64,000 bases of DNA from Acidimicrobiales bacterium (GTDB taxonomy: Bacteria > Actinomycetota > Acidimicrobiia > Acidimicrobiales > CAIXPF01). The stretch lies in contig JBBSLP010000006.1 in the NCBI GenBank assembly GCA_038255145.1, forward strand, positions 57,028-121,027, read 5' to 3'. This document shows positions 15,925 through 27,710 of the stretch, piece by piece; position 1 is the stretch's first letter, and every line of letters starts with the position of its first letter. The translations under genes were made by a program, and so were the position numbers. The notes beneath the pieces were generated by a model. The model saw only the letters and a list, made by a program, of their open reading frames with translations. It made no database searches and was not told the DNA's origin.

Positions 15925-16335
15925 GTGACCACGGTGCTGGTAGCCACGGACGCCGATTGGGTCCACGAAGAGGTCGACGCCGCGCTGGCCGACCAGGACA
16001 CCCGGGTGCTGCGGGTGCGCCGGGGGCGTGACGTGCTGCCGGCGTGCCTCCAGGTGGAACCGGACCTGGTCGTGCTCGACCTGCAGATCGGCAACCAGGG
16101 CGGCGTGGCCAGCGCCCTGCTCATCCGCCAGGAGCAGGAGATGCACCGGCTGCCCGACTTCCGGGTGCTGATGCTGCTCGACCGCACGGCGGACGTGTTC
16201 ATGGCTCGCTACTCCAAGGTCGACGGTTGGCTGGTCAAGCCCATCGACGCCTTCCGCCTGCGCCGAGCGGCCACCACCGTGCTCGGCGGTGGTGAGCACC
16301 ACGAGGGCGACCAGGAGTCCGCCGCCCTCAGCTGA
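15925..16335 (+). CDS. Stand-alone response-regulator receiver-domain protein
   Basis: 136 aa. VLVATDAD..., PDLVVLDLQIGN (acceptor Asp) and GWLVKP (Lys). No output domain. Confidence 0.8.
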   Translation: MTTVLVATDADWVHEEVDAALADQDTRVLRVRRGRDVLPACLQVEPDLVVLDLQIGNQGGVASALLIRQEQEMHRLPDFRVLMLLDRTADVFMARYSKVDGWLVKPIDAFRLRRAATTVLGGGEHHEGDQESAALS

Positions 16336-16410
16336 CGGCCGTGCGGGCCCCGGTCCACGGGCCCGGGGCTGACTCGCCGGCTCGTGCCGGCTACCATGAT
16401 CAGTCGCCGA

Positions 16411-16484
16411 CGGGTGGTGGCGCAGCTTGGCAGCGCGCCTCGTTCGGGACGAGGAGGTCGGGAGTTCAAATCTCCCCCACCCGA
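16411..16484 (+). tRNA. tRNA-Pro (anticodon CGG)
   Basis: Cloverleaf folded by hand: acceptor CGGGTGG/CCACCCG, D stem GCGC/GCGC, anticodon stem CCTCG/CGAGG with loop TTCGGGA, T arm GGGAG-TTCAAAT-CTCCC, discriminator A. No encoded CCA. Confidence 0.95.
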
Positions 16485-16491
16485 CGCAAGT

Positions 16492-16517
16492 CTGGGGCGG
16501 CGCACGCGCCGCCCCAG
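16492..16517. terminator. GC hairpin after tRNA-Pro, convergent with the cyclase gene
   Basis: CTGGGGCGGC gcacgc GCCGCCCCAG: a 10-bp perfect stem. Confidence 0.6.
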
Positions 16518-16557
16518 CCCGTCCACGGCGCCCCGTCTCCGCCGGACCGGGGGGCCG

Positions 16558-19299
16558 TCAGCCCGCCGACAGCGGCAGCTCGCGGATCGTGTGGCGCTCG
16601 AGGGCGGTGTCGGCCGCCTGCCGGGCCAGGTCGGCGGCGTCGATGGCCGACAGGGCCGCCCCCTCCGACAGCAGTCGACCGAGCCGGTCGCCCAGTCGCT
16701 CCTGCAGCAGCTCGCCGATCTCCCGGCGCCCCCGCTCGAAGTCGGCGTTGGGCCACAGCTCGTCCACGTGGCCGTCCACCGCCCCCACCAGGCGCGCCGC
16801 GGCGTCGTCCTCGCCCAGGCCGGCCAGGGCCACCGCCGCGCTGGCCACGCTGTTCCACAGGTAGGTGACGGTGCCGGCCTGGCGGAAGTGGGAGATGGAG
16901 ATGCGCAGCACTTCGAGGGCATCGATGGGGCGACCGAGCTCGGCCAGGTGGCGGGCCAACAGGGCCCGGGCCAGGTTCAACGGTGACGTGGACCGACCCA
17001 CCGCAGCGATGCGCATGGCGTCGCGCAGGTCCTCCACCCCCCGGGCGGGGTCGGTGCGGGCATCGAGCTGGCTGCGCATGATGCGGGTCCACGCCCGCAC
17101 CGAGGGGTTGCCGGCCCGGTCGGCCAGGGCCACGGCCCGCTCCATGAGCTCGCCCACCGCCGCCGGTGATGCCCCCTCGCCCCCGGCCGCGGCCGTCACC
17201 GCGCCGCGCGCCTTCCACGTGAAGGCCATGGCCAACCAGCGATCGTCACCGGTGGCGGCCGAACGGTCGGCCAGGGACTGGGCCGAGGGCAGCAGCACGT
17301 CGGGTGACTCCCGCGACGCCGCCCACATGCACTGCACCGACATGGCCGACACGTCGATGCTGCCATCCGGCTCGAGCTCGAGGGCCAGGCCGGTCAGCCG
17401 GGCCGCCTCGGTGTAGTCGGCCCGCAGGTAGGCCGCCGTGGCCATGGACACGTGGGCGGCACCGAAGAGGGGGTGGTCCGAGGCGCCGGGCATGGCCGCG
17501 ACCTGCACCGCCCAGTCGAAGGCCTCGAGCCGACCCCGCCACGACGCCCAGTCGTTCACGTTGCCCACCAGGCGCAGGGCCGAGTCGACGTCGTCGACCT
17601 CCCCGGCGTGGGCGAACGCCGTGCGCAGGTTGGGCCACATGGCCTCGAAGCGGTCCGACCACGTGCCCTCGTCGGGTCCCTGCACCCCGTGGTCCGCCGC
17701 CGTGGACACCTCGAGGTAGTGGGCGAGGTGGCGCCGACACATGAGGGCGAGCTCGTCGCTGCCGGCCAGGCGCTCGACGGCGAACTCCCTCAGGGTCTCG
17801 AGCAGACGGTAGCCGTCGCCGTCCACCGTCAACATCGACTTGTCCACCAGGGCGGCCACCAGTTCGCCGATGTCACGGGGGGCGAGCATCCCGAAGCCGC
17901 ACACGGCCTCGACGTCGGGCAGGGAGAAGGAGCCGGCGAAGATGGCCAGGCGGTCGAACACCAGGCGCTCGCGCTCGTCGAGCAGGTCGTAGGACCAGGC
18001 CACGGTGGTGTGCAGGGTCTGGTGGCGGCCGGTGAGGCGTCGACCGCCCCGCAGCAGGCGGAAGCGGTCGTCGAGGCGGTCGAGCACGTCGCCGGGGCTC
18101 ATCGAGCGCGTTCGGGCCGCGGCGAGCTCGATGGCCAGGGGCAGGCGGTCGAGCCGATCGCACAGCTCGGCCACGACGCCGTCCTCCAGGGCGATCTCGG
18201 GGCGAACCTCACCGGCGCGGGTGCGGAACAGCTGCTGGGCGTCGACCCGGGCCAACGGGCTGATGGCCACCACCCGCTCACCAGGCACGCCCAGGGCCTC
18301 ACGGCTGGTGGCCAGCACCCGGACGGTACCCGCGCCGTGGGTCAGGGCCTCGGCCAGGTCGGCGGCGGCGTCGACCACGTGCTCGCAACTGTCGAGCACG
18401 AGCAGGAGGCGCTGGCCGGCCAGGGCGGTGGACACGCTGGCCAACAGGTCCGACCCGCTCTGGTCCTGCACGCCGAACAGGTCGGCTGCGGCCCGCACGA
18501 CATCGCCGCCGGGGGGCAGGGGCGCCAGCTCCAGGAACCACGTGCCGTCGTCGAAGGCGCCGACCATGCGCCCGGCCCAGGCGATGGCCAGGCGGGTCTT
18601 GCCCACCCCGCCGACCCCGCTCAGGGTGACCAGGGGGAACTCGTCGAGCAGCCCCCGCAGCTCTTCGATCTCGCGGGAGCGGCCCACGAAGCTGCCCACC
18701 TCCCGGGGGAGGTTGCCGGGGTTGCCCCGGGCCCGCAGGGCGGGGAAGCGCTCGGGTAGGCCGGGAGTGACCACCTGCCACACCGGCTCGGGCCGCCCGA
18801 AGCCCGTCAGGTGGTGTCGTCCCAGGTCACGCAGGGCCACGACGTCGGCCACCAGGCGCGCCGTCACCGCAGAGACGACGATCTGGCCACCGTGGGCGGC
18901 GCTGCTCAGCCGGGCGGCCCGGGTTGGGCTGGGGCCGAAGTAGTCGGCGTCGCGCTCGTCGGCGGTGCCCGTGTGCAGGCCCATGCGCACCCGTACGGCC
19001 AACGGCTCGGGCCAGGGCTCGGACTGCAGGTCCCGTTGGGCGGCCACCGCGGCCTGCACGGCCTGGGCCGCGGTGGAGAAGGCGGCACTGAAGGCGTCGC
19101 CGGCCCGGGCGAACACGTAGCCACGGTGGCGTTCGACGGCGGCGCGGACCAGGGAGTCGTGGCGGGCCACGGCCACCCGCATCTGGTCGGGGTGGTCGAC
19201 CCAGGCCGGCGTCGATCCCTCGATGTCGGTGAACAGGAAGGTGATCGTGCCGGTCGGACTGTGTCCCACGTCACCAATATCGCGCCCTGGGAGCGCCAC
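16558..19299 (-). CDS. Class III adenylate/guanylate cyclase domain fused to a STAND (NB-ARC/AAA) ATPase and TPR-like repeats
   Basis: ITFLFTDIEGST...GDAFSAAF...RMGLHTG...PTRAARL (cyclase). Then FVGRSREIEELRGLLDEFPLVTLSGVGGVGKTRLA (P-loop) and LLLVLDSCEH (Walker B). Followed by ~450 aa of helical repeats. An alternative GTG start lies at 19269. Confidence 0.88.
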   Translation of the reverse strand: MALPGRDIGDVGHSPTGTITFLFTDIEGSTPAWVDHPDQMRVAVARHDSLVRAAVERHRGYVFARAGDAFSAAFSTAAQAVQAAVAAQRDLQSEPWPEPLAVRVRMGLHTGTADERDADYFGPSPTRAARLSSAAHGGQIVVSAVTARLVADVVALRDLGRHHLTGFGRPEPVWQVVTPGLPERFPALRARGNPGNLPREVGSFVGRSREIEELRGLLDEFPLVTLSGVGGVGKTRLAIAWAGRMVGAFDDGTWFLELAPLPPGGDVVRAAADLFGVQDQSGSDLLASVSTALAGQRLLLVLDSCEHVVDAAADLAEALTHGAGTVRVLATSREALGVPGERVVAISPLARVDAQQLFRTRAGEVRPEIALEDGVVAELCDRLDRLPLAIELAAARTRSMSPGDVLDRLDDRFRLLRGGRRLTGRHQTLHTTVAWSYDLLDERERLVFDRLAIFAGSFSLPDVEAVCGFGMLAPRDIGELVAALVDKSMLTVDGDGYRLLETLREFAVERLAGSDELALMCRRHLAHYLEVSTAADHGVQGPDEGTWSDRFEAMWPNLRTAFAHAGEVDDVDSALRLVGNVNDWASWRGRLEAFDWAVQVAAMPGASDHPLFGAAHVSMATAAYLRADYTEAARLTGLALELEPDGSIDVSAMSVQCMWAASRESPDVLLPSAQSLADRSAATGDDRWLAMAFTWKARGAVTAAAGGEGASPAAVGELMERAVALADRAGNPSVRAWTRIMRSQLDARTDPARGVEDLRDAMRIAAVGRSTSPLNLARALLARHLAELGRPIDALEVLRISISHFRQAGTVTYLWNSVASAAVALAGLGEDDAAARLVGAVDGHVDELWPNADFERGRREIGELLQERLGDRLGRLLSEGAALSAIDAADLARQAADTALERHTIRELPLSAG

Positions 19300-19336
19300 T
19301 GGGCCCGACTTCTCGACTGACGGCCCAACTCGTCGG

Positions 19337-20221
19337 TCAACCGGCGGCGCGGATGACCTCTCCGGCGAATCGCTCCAGGGTGGTCACCTGGCGGGTCACG
19401 TCGGCCGAACCCAACGAGATCACCAACTCACCCACGCCCACGGCGGCGTACTCCTCGACCATGGCGCACAGGTGCTCCGGCGGCCCGTACAGGGGGGAAC
19501 GGCCGACGGGGGCGTCGAGATCGACCTCCAGGCGCACCTGGATCAGCAGCCCGTCGCGGCTCCGTCCGACGACGGCGAGCTCCTCGTCCAGGGTGACCAG
19601 ACGCTTGGCCACGCTGGCCGGGGCCAGCCCCAGGGGGTGCCAACCGTCGCCCAGGCGGGCCACCCGGCGCAGCGCCGGTCCACGGTTGCCACCGATGACG
19701 ATGGGCACGCCTCCGTCGGCATGGGGACCGGGCGAGGCCACCACCGGCCCGAAGGTGAAGTGCTGCCCGGCGTAGGAGGGTTCGGGCTCGTTCCACAGCG
19801 CCCGCATGACCTCGATGGCCTCGTCGGTGTAGCGGCCCCGGTCGGCGAAGGGGACCAGGCCCAGGGCGTCGTGCTCGTCCTGCAGGGAGCCGACGCCGAG
19901 GCCGGCCACCACCCGGCCACCGCTGAGCTGGTCCAGGGTGGCCAGGGCCTTGGCCAGCGACATGGGGTGCAGGTAGGGCACGACGAGGACGCTGGTGCCC
20001 AGGCCCACCCGCTCGGTGCGGGCCGCCACCCAGGTGAGCATGGTCAGGGCGTCGTAGTAGGGCCTGGCCCCCAGCCGCTGGCCCACGTAGCCGACGTTGA
20101 GCACGTGGTGGTTGACCCACACCGAGTCGTAGCCCGCGGCCTCGGCCCTGACCCCGAGATCGATGACGGAGCCGGGGTCGTCGAGGCCCCAGTTGTTCGG
20201 CAGTGTGAACCCGAAGCGCAT
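19337..20221 (-). CDS. LLM-class (luciferase-like) F420/flavin-dependent oxidoreductase
   Basis: ATG 20221 (MRFGFTLPN...). AEAAGYDSVWVNHH, TSVLVVPYLHP and LDQLSGGRVVAGLGVG. Confidence 0.85.
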   Translation of the reverse strand: MRFGFTLPNNWGLDDPGSVIDLGVRAEAAGYDSVWVNHHVLNVGYVGQRLGARPYYDALTMLTWVAARTERVGLGTSVLVVPYLHPMSLAKALATLDQLSGGRVVAGLGVGSLQDEHDALGLVPFADRGRYTDEAIEVMRALWNEPEPSYAGQHFTFGPVVASPGPHADGGVPIVIGGNRGPALRRVARLGDGWHPLGLAPASVAKRLVTLDEELAVVGRSRDGLLIQVRLEVDLDAPVGRSPLYGPPEHLCAMVEEYAAVGVGELVISLGSADVTRQVTTLERFAGEVIRAAG

Positions 20222-20338
20222 CGCGGGGGACGATAACCCCGGCGCGGACACCACGCTCGGCTACGCACCGCCGACGCCGCGGCCGACCCGGGGGCCCGGG
20301 CACCGACCCGGTCACACCTGGGGGTAGCGTCCGGCGCC

Positions 20339-20626
20339 GTGACGCTCGACGAGGTGCAGGCCCTCATGGAGGAGCTCTTCGGGGCCCAGGATCGTGAGCG
20401 CGGCATCCCCGCCACCGTGGCCTGGCTGTGCGAGGAGCTGGGCGAGCTGGCCCAGGCCGTGCGCAAGGGCACGCCGGACCAGCAGCTGCACGAGCTCGGC
20501 GACGTGCTGGCGTGGACGGCGTCGCTGGCCAACCAGCTCGGCCTGAGCATGGACGACGCCATGGCCCGCTACCGCACGTGGCCGCCGGGGCCCGAGGGCC
20601 ACGGTGCCCCGCTCACGGCGGGCTGA
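20339..20626 (+). CDS. MazG-like nucleotide pyrophosphohydrolase domain protein
   Basis: 95 aa. WLCEELGELAQAV...ELGDVLAWTASLANQLGLSMDDA shows the EExxE...D MazG helices. Confidence 0.8.
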   Translation: MTLDEVQALMEELFGAQDRERGIPATVAWLCEELGELAQAVRKGTPDQQLHELGDVLAWTASLANQLGLSMDDAMARYRTWPPGPEGHGAPLTAG

Positions 20627-20638
20627 GGACCAGCTGGA

Positions 20639-22024
<1,386 letters not shown>

Positions 22025-22056
22025 TTAGGTAGGTCAACAGGGTCCGCGCCGTGACG

Positions 22057-22081
22057 GGAACGTTGTGGAACGATGCGTTCC
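22057..22081. promoter_or_regulatory. GGAACG half-site cluster: GGAACGttgtGGAACGatgCGTTCC (candidate operator)
   Basis: Two direct GGAACG sites plus an inverted CGTTCC. The last two form a perfect 6-3-6 palindrome. Located in the relatively AT-rich ~125-260-nt untranslated gap upstream of the FAD oxidoreductase. Confidence 0.3.
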
Positions 22082-22120
22082 ATGACGATCTCTGTGCAGG
22101 TCAGCGCGGGCCCGCGTTGA

Positions 22121-23734
22121 TTGACGCCTCGCGAACGGGTAGGGATGCGGCGTGCTCCCACTGAACAACGGCCTTCGAGGCCGCCCCACAGTCCGTTGAC
22201 CCTCACCCCACTCCCGACCGAGCCGAAGGCGGCGTGGCGAGATCCTTCGTCACCGTCCGTGGTCGTCATCGGTGCGGGACCCGCCGGGCTCACCGCTGCG
22301 CTCCAGTTCGTCCGCAACGACGTCACCGACGTCGTCATCCTCGAGGCCGACGACGTCGTCGGCGGGATCAGCCGCACCGTCGAACGTGACGGTTGGCGCT
22401 TCGACATCGGTGGCCACCGCTTCTTCACCAAGGTGCCCGAGGTCGAGAAGATCTGGCAGGAGCTGCTCTCGGACGAGCTCATGACGCGCCCGCGCATGAG
22501 CCGCATCTTCTACGAGGGCAAGTTCTTCGACTACCCGCTGAAGGCGGGCAACGCCCTGGGCAACCTGGGCGTGATCGAGGCCACCAAGTGCGTGGCCTCG
22601 TACCTGTGGGCCCGGGTCCACCCGCCCAAGGGTGACGAGAACTTCGAGACCTGGGTGGCCTCCCGCTTCGGGTGGCGCCTCTACCGCATGTTCTTCAAGA
22701 CCTACACCGAGAAGGTGTGGGGCATCGACGCCTCGGCCATGCCCGCCGACTGGGCCGCCCAGCGCATCAAGAACCTGTCCCTGGGCAAGGCCGTGGTCAA
22801 CTCGCTGCTGCCCAAGCGGGGCAGCACCCAGGTCACCTCGCTCATCGAGGAGTTCCAGTACCCCAAGCTGGGCCCGGGCATGATGTGGGAGACCTGCCGC
22901 GACCGCGTCGTCGAGGCCGGTGTCGAGGTGCGCATGCAGGCGCCCGTGCAGCGCATCGAGCACGGCGACGGTCGGGCCACGGCCGTGTGGAACCAGCGGG
23001 CCGACGGCGGCCACGACCGCAACGAGTGCGACGCCGTGGTGTCCTCCATGCCCCTGGGCGACCTCGTCCTGGCCATGGACCCACCGGCGCCGGCCCACGT
23101 GCGTGACGCGGCGGTCGCCCTCAAGCACCGGGACTTCCTCACCGTCGCCCTCGTGGTGCCGCAGGACCTGGCCTTCCCCGACAACTGGATCTACGTCCAC
23201 AGCCCCGAGGTGAAGCTGGGCCGGATCCAGAACTTCGGGGCGTGGTCGCCGTACATGGTCAAGCCCGGGCTCACCTGCCTGGGCCTGGAGTACTTCGTGA
23301 ACCGGGGCGACGAGCACTGGTCCATGGCCGACGAGGACCTCATCGAACTGGGCAAGCGCGAGGCGGCCAAGATCGGGGTCATCCCCGAGGGGTCGGCCCA
23401 GGCCGGCTACGTCGTGCGCATGCCCGGTGCCTACCCCGTCTACGACGAGGCCTACGCGGCCAACGTGGACATCCTGCGCCGCTGGCTCGAGGACAACACC
23501 CCCAACGTCGTCCCCGTGGGCCGCAACGGCATGCACCGGTACAACAACCAGGACCACTCCATGTTCACCGCCGTGCTCGCGGTGGAGAACATCCTCGACG
23601 GTGCCGGCCACGACCTGTGGGAGGTCAACGTGGAGGAGGAGTACCACGAGGAGGCGTCCTCGACGGACCGCCACGACCGCTCCACCCGGGTCGGCAGTTC
23701 CGGCACCGGCCGGTCCGCCCCCATCACGGGCTGA
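22121..23734 (+). CDS. NAD(P)/FAD-dependent oxidoreductase (amine-oxidase / UDP-galactopyranose-mutase-like fold)
   Basis: Rossmann motif VVVIGAGPAGLTAA...ILEADDVVGGISRT. DIGGHRFF, FKTYTEKVWG and GRNGMHRYNNQDHS. The start is uncertain: TTG 22121 gives the longest ORF, but GC3 is low until ~22200, and in-frame TTG 22196 or GTG 22259 are possible. Confidence 0.85.
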   Translation: MTPRERVGMRRAPTEQRPSRPPHSPLTLTPLPTEPKAAWRDPSSPSVVVIGAGPAGLTAALQFVRNDVTDVVILEADDVVGGISRTVERDGWRFDIGGHRFFTKVPEVEKIWQELLSDELMTRPRMSRIFYEGKFFDYPLKAGNALGNLGVIEATKCVASYLWARVHPPKGDENFETWVASRFGWRLYRMFFKTYTEKVWGIDASAMPADWAAQRIKNLSLGKAVVNSLLPKRGSTQVTSLIEEFQYPKLGPGMMWETCRDRVVEAGVEVRMQAPVQRIEHGDGRATAVWNQRADGGHDRNECDAVVSSMPLGDLVLAMDPPAPAHVRDAAVALKHRDFLTVALVVPQDLAFPDNWIYVHSPEVKLGRIQNFGAWSPYMVKPGLTCLGLEYFVNRGDEHWSMADEDLIELGKREAAKIGVIPEGSAQAGYVVRMPGAYPVYDEAYAANVDILRRWLEDNTPNVVPVGRNGMHRYNNQDHSMFTAVLAVENILDGAGHDLWEVNVEEEYHEEASSTDRHDRSTRVGSSGTGRSAPITG

Positions 23735-23752
23735 GCCCTTGGTGCTCCCGCT

Positions 23753-23853
23753 ACCGCTACCCGGTCACCTCAGGGCTCGCAGGTCCGTGGCTCCTTGATC
23801 TCACCGCTACCCCGATCACCTCACCGAACGCTGGTCGGTGGCGGGGTAGCGGT
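23753..23853. repeat. Three copies of ACCGCTACCCC(G) (two direct, one inverted) around the convergent gene ends
   Basis: accgctacccggtcacctca (23753-23772). accgctaccccgatcacctca (23803-23823, contains the GT-C stop). Inverted ggggtagcggt (23843-23853). Copies 2 and 3 can form a 12-bp stem. Confidence 0.55.
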
Positions 23854-25405
23854 AGAGGCCGGCGTGGTCGAGGTGCACGCCGGGCTTGTCCACCACCACC
23901 TCCTGCTCGCCGGGGCGCATGCGCTCCAGCGCGTTGCGCAGGCCTGAGCACGCCATCTGCGTGGGCGGGTAGGTCGGGCTCCACACCATCCACACCGCGC
24001 CCTCCCCGGCCCGCCGCACCGCCTCGGCGGCGAAGGCGTAGGGCCGCGACGCCAGGTGGCGGGGGCCGTAGTCGATCCAGTCGACCCGGCCCGGTGCCAG
24101 CCACAGCGGGTAGGTGCCCTGCTCGAGGTCGGCCACCGGTGTGCCCCGCAGCTCACGCGTCAGCGCCGGGCCCAGCTGGTCGGGGCAGAAGACGATCACG
24201 TCACCGGGTCGGGCTCGGGCTTCGAGCAGCTGGGCCAGCTGGCGCGCCGGTGTGCGCTCGCTGGGCACCTCGGCCGAGGCCACGCCCAGGGAGACCACCG
24301 AGGCCAGGATCAGGATCACGGCCTGGGCCCGGGCCCCGCCCACCGTCACCAGGCCCATGGCCGTGAGCACGATGAGCACGGGGAAGATGACCGACAGGTA
24401 GCGGGTGACGAAGGCGCTGCCGCTGAGGTAGCCCCCGAGCACGGCCAGGGCGGGCACCAGCACCAGCACCGCGGCCAGGCCCCGGGCCGGCGGCCGGGTG
24501 CGCCAGTCGAGCTCGGTGTGACGGCGGTCGACGGCCCGACCGAACAGGGCCAGCAGTACCAGGACCGTCAACAGGAAGGCCACGACGCCACCACCGCGGC
24601 CGCTGCCTGCGGACAGGGCGGGCACCACCTCGAGCACGTCCCAGGGCTTGGGACGGCTCGTCCACGGCGTGCCCGTGTGCTGGGCCTGGAACCGGAAGAT
24701 GCCCACCCACGGCAGCCACAGCACCAGGCCCACGACGATGGCCACCGCCCCCTGCAGCGAGGCCCGCCCCACCGGGGTGCGGCGCCGGCGCCAGGCGTGG
24801 ACCACGAGCACCAGGCCCACCCCGCCCAGGAGGTAGATGGACCAGTAGTGGGTGTACATCAACGCCGCCACCACCAGCACCACGGGCACCCAGCGGCCCA
24901 CGGTGGGCCGTTCCAGGGCCCGGTGGAGCACGACCAGCCCGATGGCCACCTCGAGGGCGATCAGGGCGTACATGCGGGTCTCGGTGGCGTAGCGGATGGC
25001 GAAGGGGTTGGTGGCCACCAGCACCACCGCGGGCAGGACCGCGGCCCGTCCCCCCCAACGGCGGGCGGCCACGGCGATGACGGGGATGGTGGCCAGCGAA
25101 GTCAGGGCCGAGGGCAGGCGCACCACCCAGTCACCCTGGCCGAACACGGCCATCCACACGTGCAGGACGGCGTAGTACAGCGGAGGGGCGCCGTCCGTCT
25201 TGAGCAGCGAGGGCAGGTCGCGCAGGGGGACCTGGGCGATGGCGATGGACTGGGCCTCGTCCAACCACAGGGCGGGGCGGGGCCACAGCCGCAGCACCAC
25301 CCCCGACGCCACCGCCAGGGCCGCGGCCACCGTGACCCAGTCCGGGGTGCGGCGGGGGCGGGGCGACGACGGGGGGGTCGCCGCCGACGTCGGGGCGGTC
25401 AGCAC
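23816..25405 (-). CDS. GT-C fold polytopic membrane glycosyltransferase (family 39 / ArnT-PMT-like)
   Basis: LWLDEAQSIAIAQ...GAPPLYYAVLHVW, about 10 TM helices and a soluble C-terminal domain. I place the start at in-frame GTG 25405, because the longer ORF would overlap the ask 3' end. Confidence 0.8.
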   Translation of the reverse strand: MLTAPTSAATPPSSPRPRRTPDWVTVAAALAVASGVVLRLWPRPALWLDEAQSIAIAQVPLRDLPSLLKTDGAPPLYYAVLHVWMAVFGQGDWVVRLPSALTSLATIPVIAVAARRWGGRAAVLPAVVLVATNPFAIRYATETRMYALIALEVAIGLVVLHRALERPTVGRWVPVVLVVAALMYTHYWSIYLLGGVGLVLVVHAWRRRRTPVGRASLQGAVAIVVGLVLWLPWVGIFRFQAQHTGTPWTSRPKPWDVLEVVPALSAGSGRGGGVVAFLLTVLVLLALFGRAVDRRHTELDWRTRPPARGLAAVLVLVPALAVLGGYLSGSAFVTRYLSVIFPVLIVLTAMGLVTVGGARAQAVILILASVVSLGVASAEVPSERTPARQLAQLLEARARPGDVIVFCPDQLGPALTRELRGTPVADLEQGTYPLWLAPGRVDWIDYGPRHLASRPYAFAAEAVRRAGEGAVWMVWSPTYPPTQMACSGLRNALERMRPGEQEVVVDKPGVHLDHAGLYRYPATDQRSVR

Positions 25406-25419
25406 GGCGAGGTTTCTAA

Positions 25420-25446
25420 CCGATGCCGGCACCGAGCTGGCATCGG
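25420..25446 (-). terminator. Hairpin after ask (CCGATGCC-11 nt-GGCATCGG)
   Basis: 8-bp inverted repeat, 30 nt downstream of the ask stop. No U-tract. Confidence 0.45.
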
Positions 25447-25475
25447 GCCCGGTCAGGACCGGACCCCGCCCACGC

Positions 25476-26768
<1,293 letters not shown>

Positions 26769-26823
26769 GGGGCCTCGAGGCTACACCGGCCGGGCCGGCG
26801 CCGGCAGTAGCGTGTCCGCCCGT

Positions 26824-27645
26824 ATGGCGACCGAGAAGCGCGAGCGCAAGAGGGCCAACCGCGAGGCCCGGCTGACCGCGGCCATGGCCGCCCAGGCCAA
26901 GGCCAAGCGGAAGAGCCAGATCATCCGCATCGTGCTCATGGTGGGGCTGGCCCTGCTCCTCTCCCTCATCTACTGGTTGGTGTCGCGCGACGACAACGAC
27001 GAGGGCGCCACGACGGACACCACGGCTGCCGCCGTCACCACCACGACCCCCACCACCGGCGCCTCCATCACCGGTGAGACGCCGTGCCCTCCGGCCGAGG
27101 GCGCTACGGAGCGGGTGACCACGTTCGCCGAGGCACCGCCGATGTGCATCGACCCGGCCAAGACCTACACGGCCACCTTCGAGACCTCGGCCGGCAACGT
27201 CACCGCCACGCTGGACACCACCAAGACGCCCGAGACGGTGAACAACTTCGTCGTCCTGGCCCGCTACGGCTACTACGACGACAGCGCGTTCTTCCGCACC
27301 GACCCCTCCATCGGCATCATCCAGGGTGGCGGGCTGAACAACACCCAGGACCCCGGCTACACCATCCCCGACGAGGGCTCCGGCTTCACGTACAAGCCCG
27401 GCGACCTGGTCATGGCCCGAACGGGCCAGCCCAACTCGGCCGGGGCCCAGTTCTTCTTCGCCGTGGACGCCGCCGTGTCCGCGCTCGACACCCAGGGCAC
27501 CTACGTCACCTTCGGTGAGATCACCGAGGGGTTCGACGTGCTCGAGGCCATCCTCGCCACCCACAAGGCCGACCCGTCCAGCCAGCTCGGTGGTGCCCCC
27601 GACCCGCCCGTCACCGTGAGCACCGTCACCATCGTCGAGAGCTGA
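26824..27645 (+). CDS. Membrane-anchored cyclophilin-type peptidyl-prolyl cis-trans isomerase
   Basis: A basic N-terminus, one TM (IIRIVLMVGLALLLSLIYWLV) and a Thr-rich linker. Then TVNNFVVLARYGYYDDSAFFR...QGGG...MARTGQPNSAGAQFFF. Confidence 0.9.
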   Translation: MATEKRERKRANREARLTAAMAAQAKAKRKSQIIRIVLMVGLALLLSLIYWLVSRDDNDEGATTDTTAAAVTTTTPTTGASITGETPCPPAEGATERVTTFAEAPPMCIDPAKTYTATFETSAGNVTATLDTTKTPETVNNFVVLARYGYYDDSAFFRTDPSIGIIQGGGLNNTQDPGYTIPDEGSGFTYKPGDLVMARTGQPNSAGAQFFFAVDAAVSALDTQGTYVTFGEITEGFDVLEAILATHKADPSSQLGGAPDPPVTVSTVTIVES

Positions 27646-27647
27646 GC

Positions 27648-27677
27648 GCCCCGTCGGGGGGATCAGCCCGACGGGGC
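27648..27677 (+). terminator. Perfect 11-bp hairpin directly after the PPIase stop
   Basis: GCCCCGTCGGG gggatcag CCCGACGGGGC. Confidence 0.6.
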
Positions 27678-27710
27678 ACGGCCATTCCGGCTCCGAACGT
27701 TCAGGTCGGG

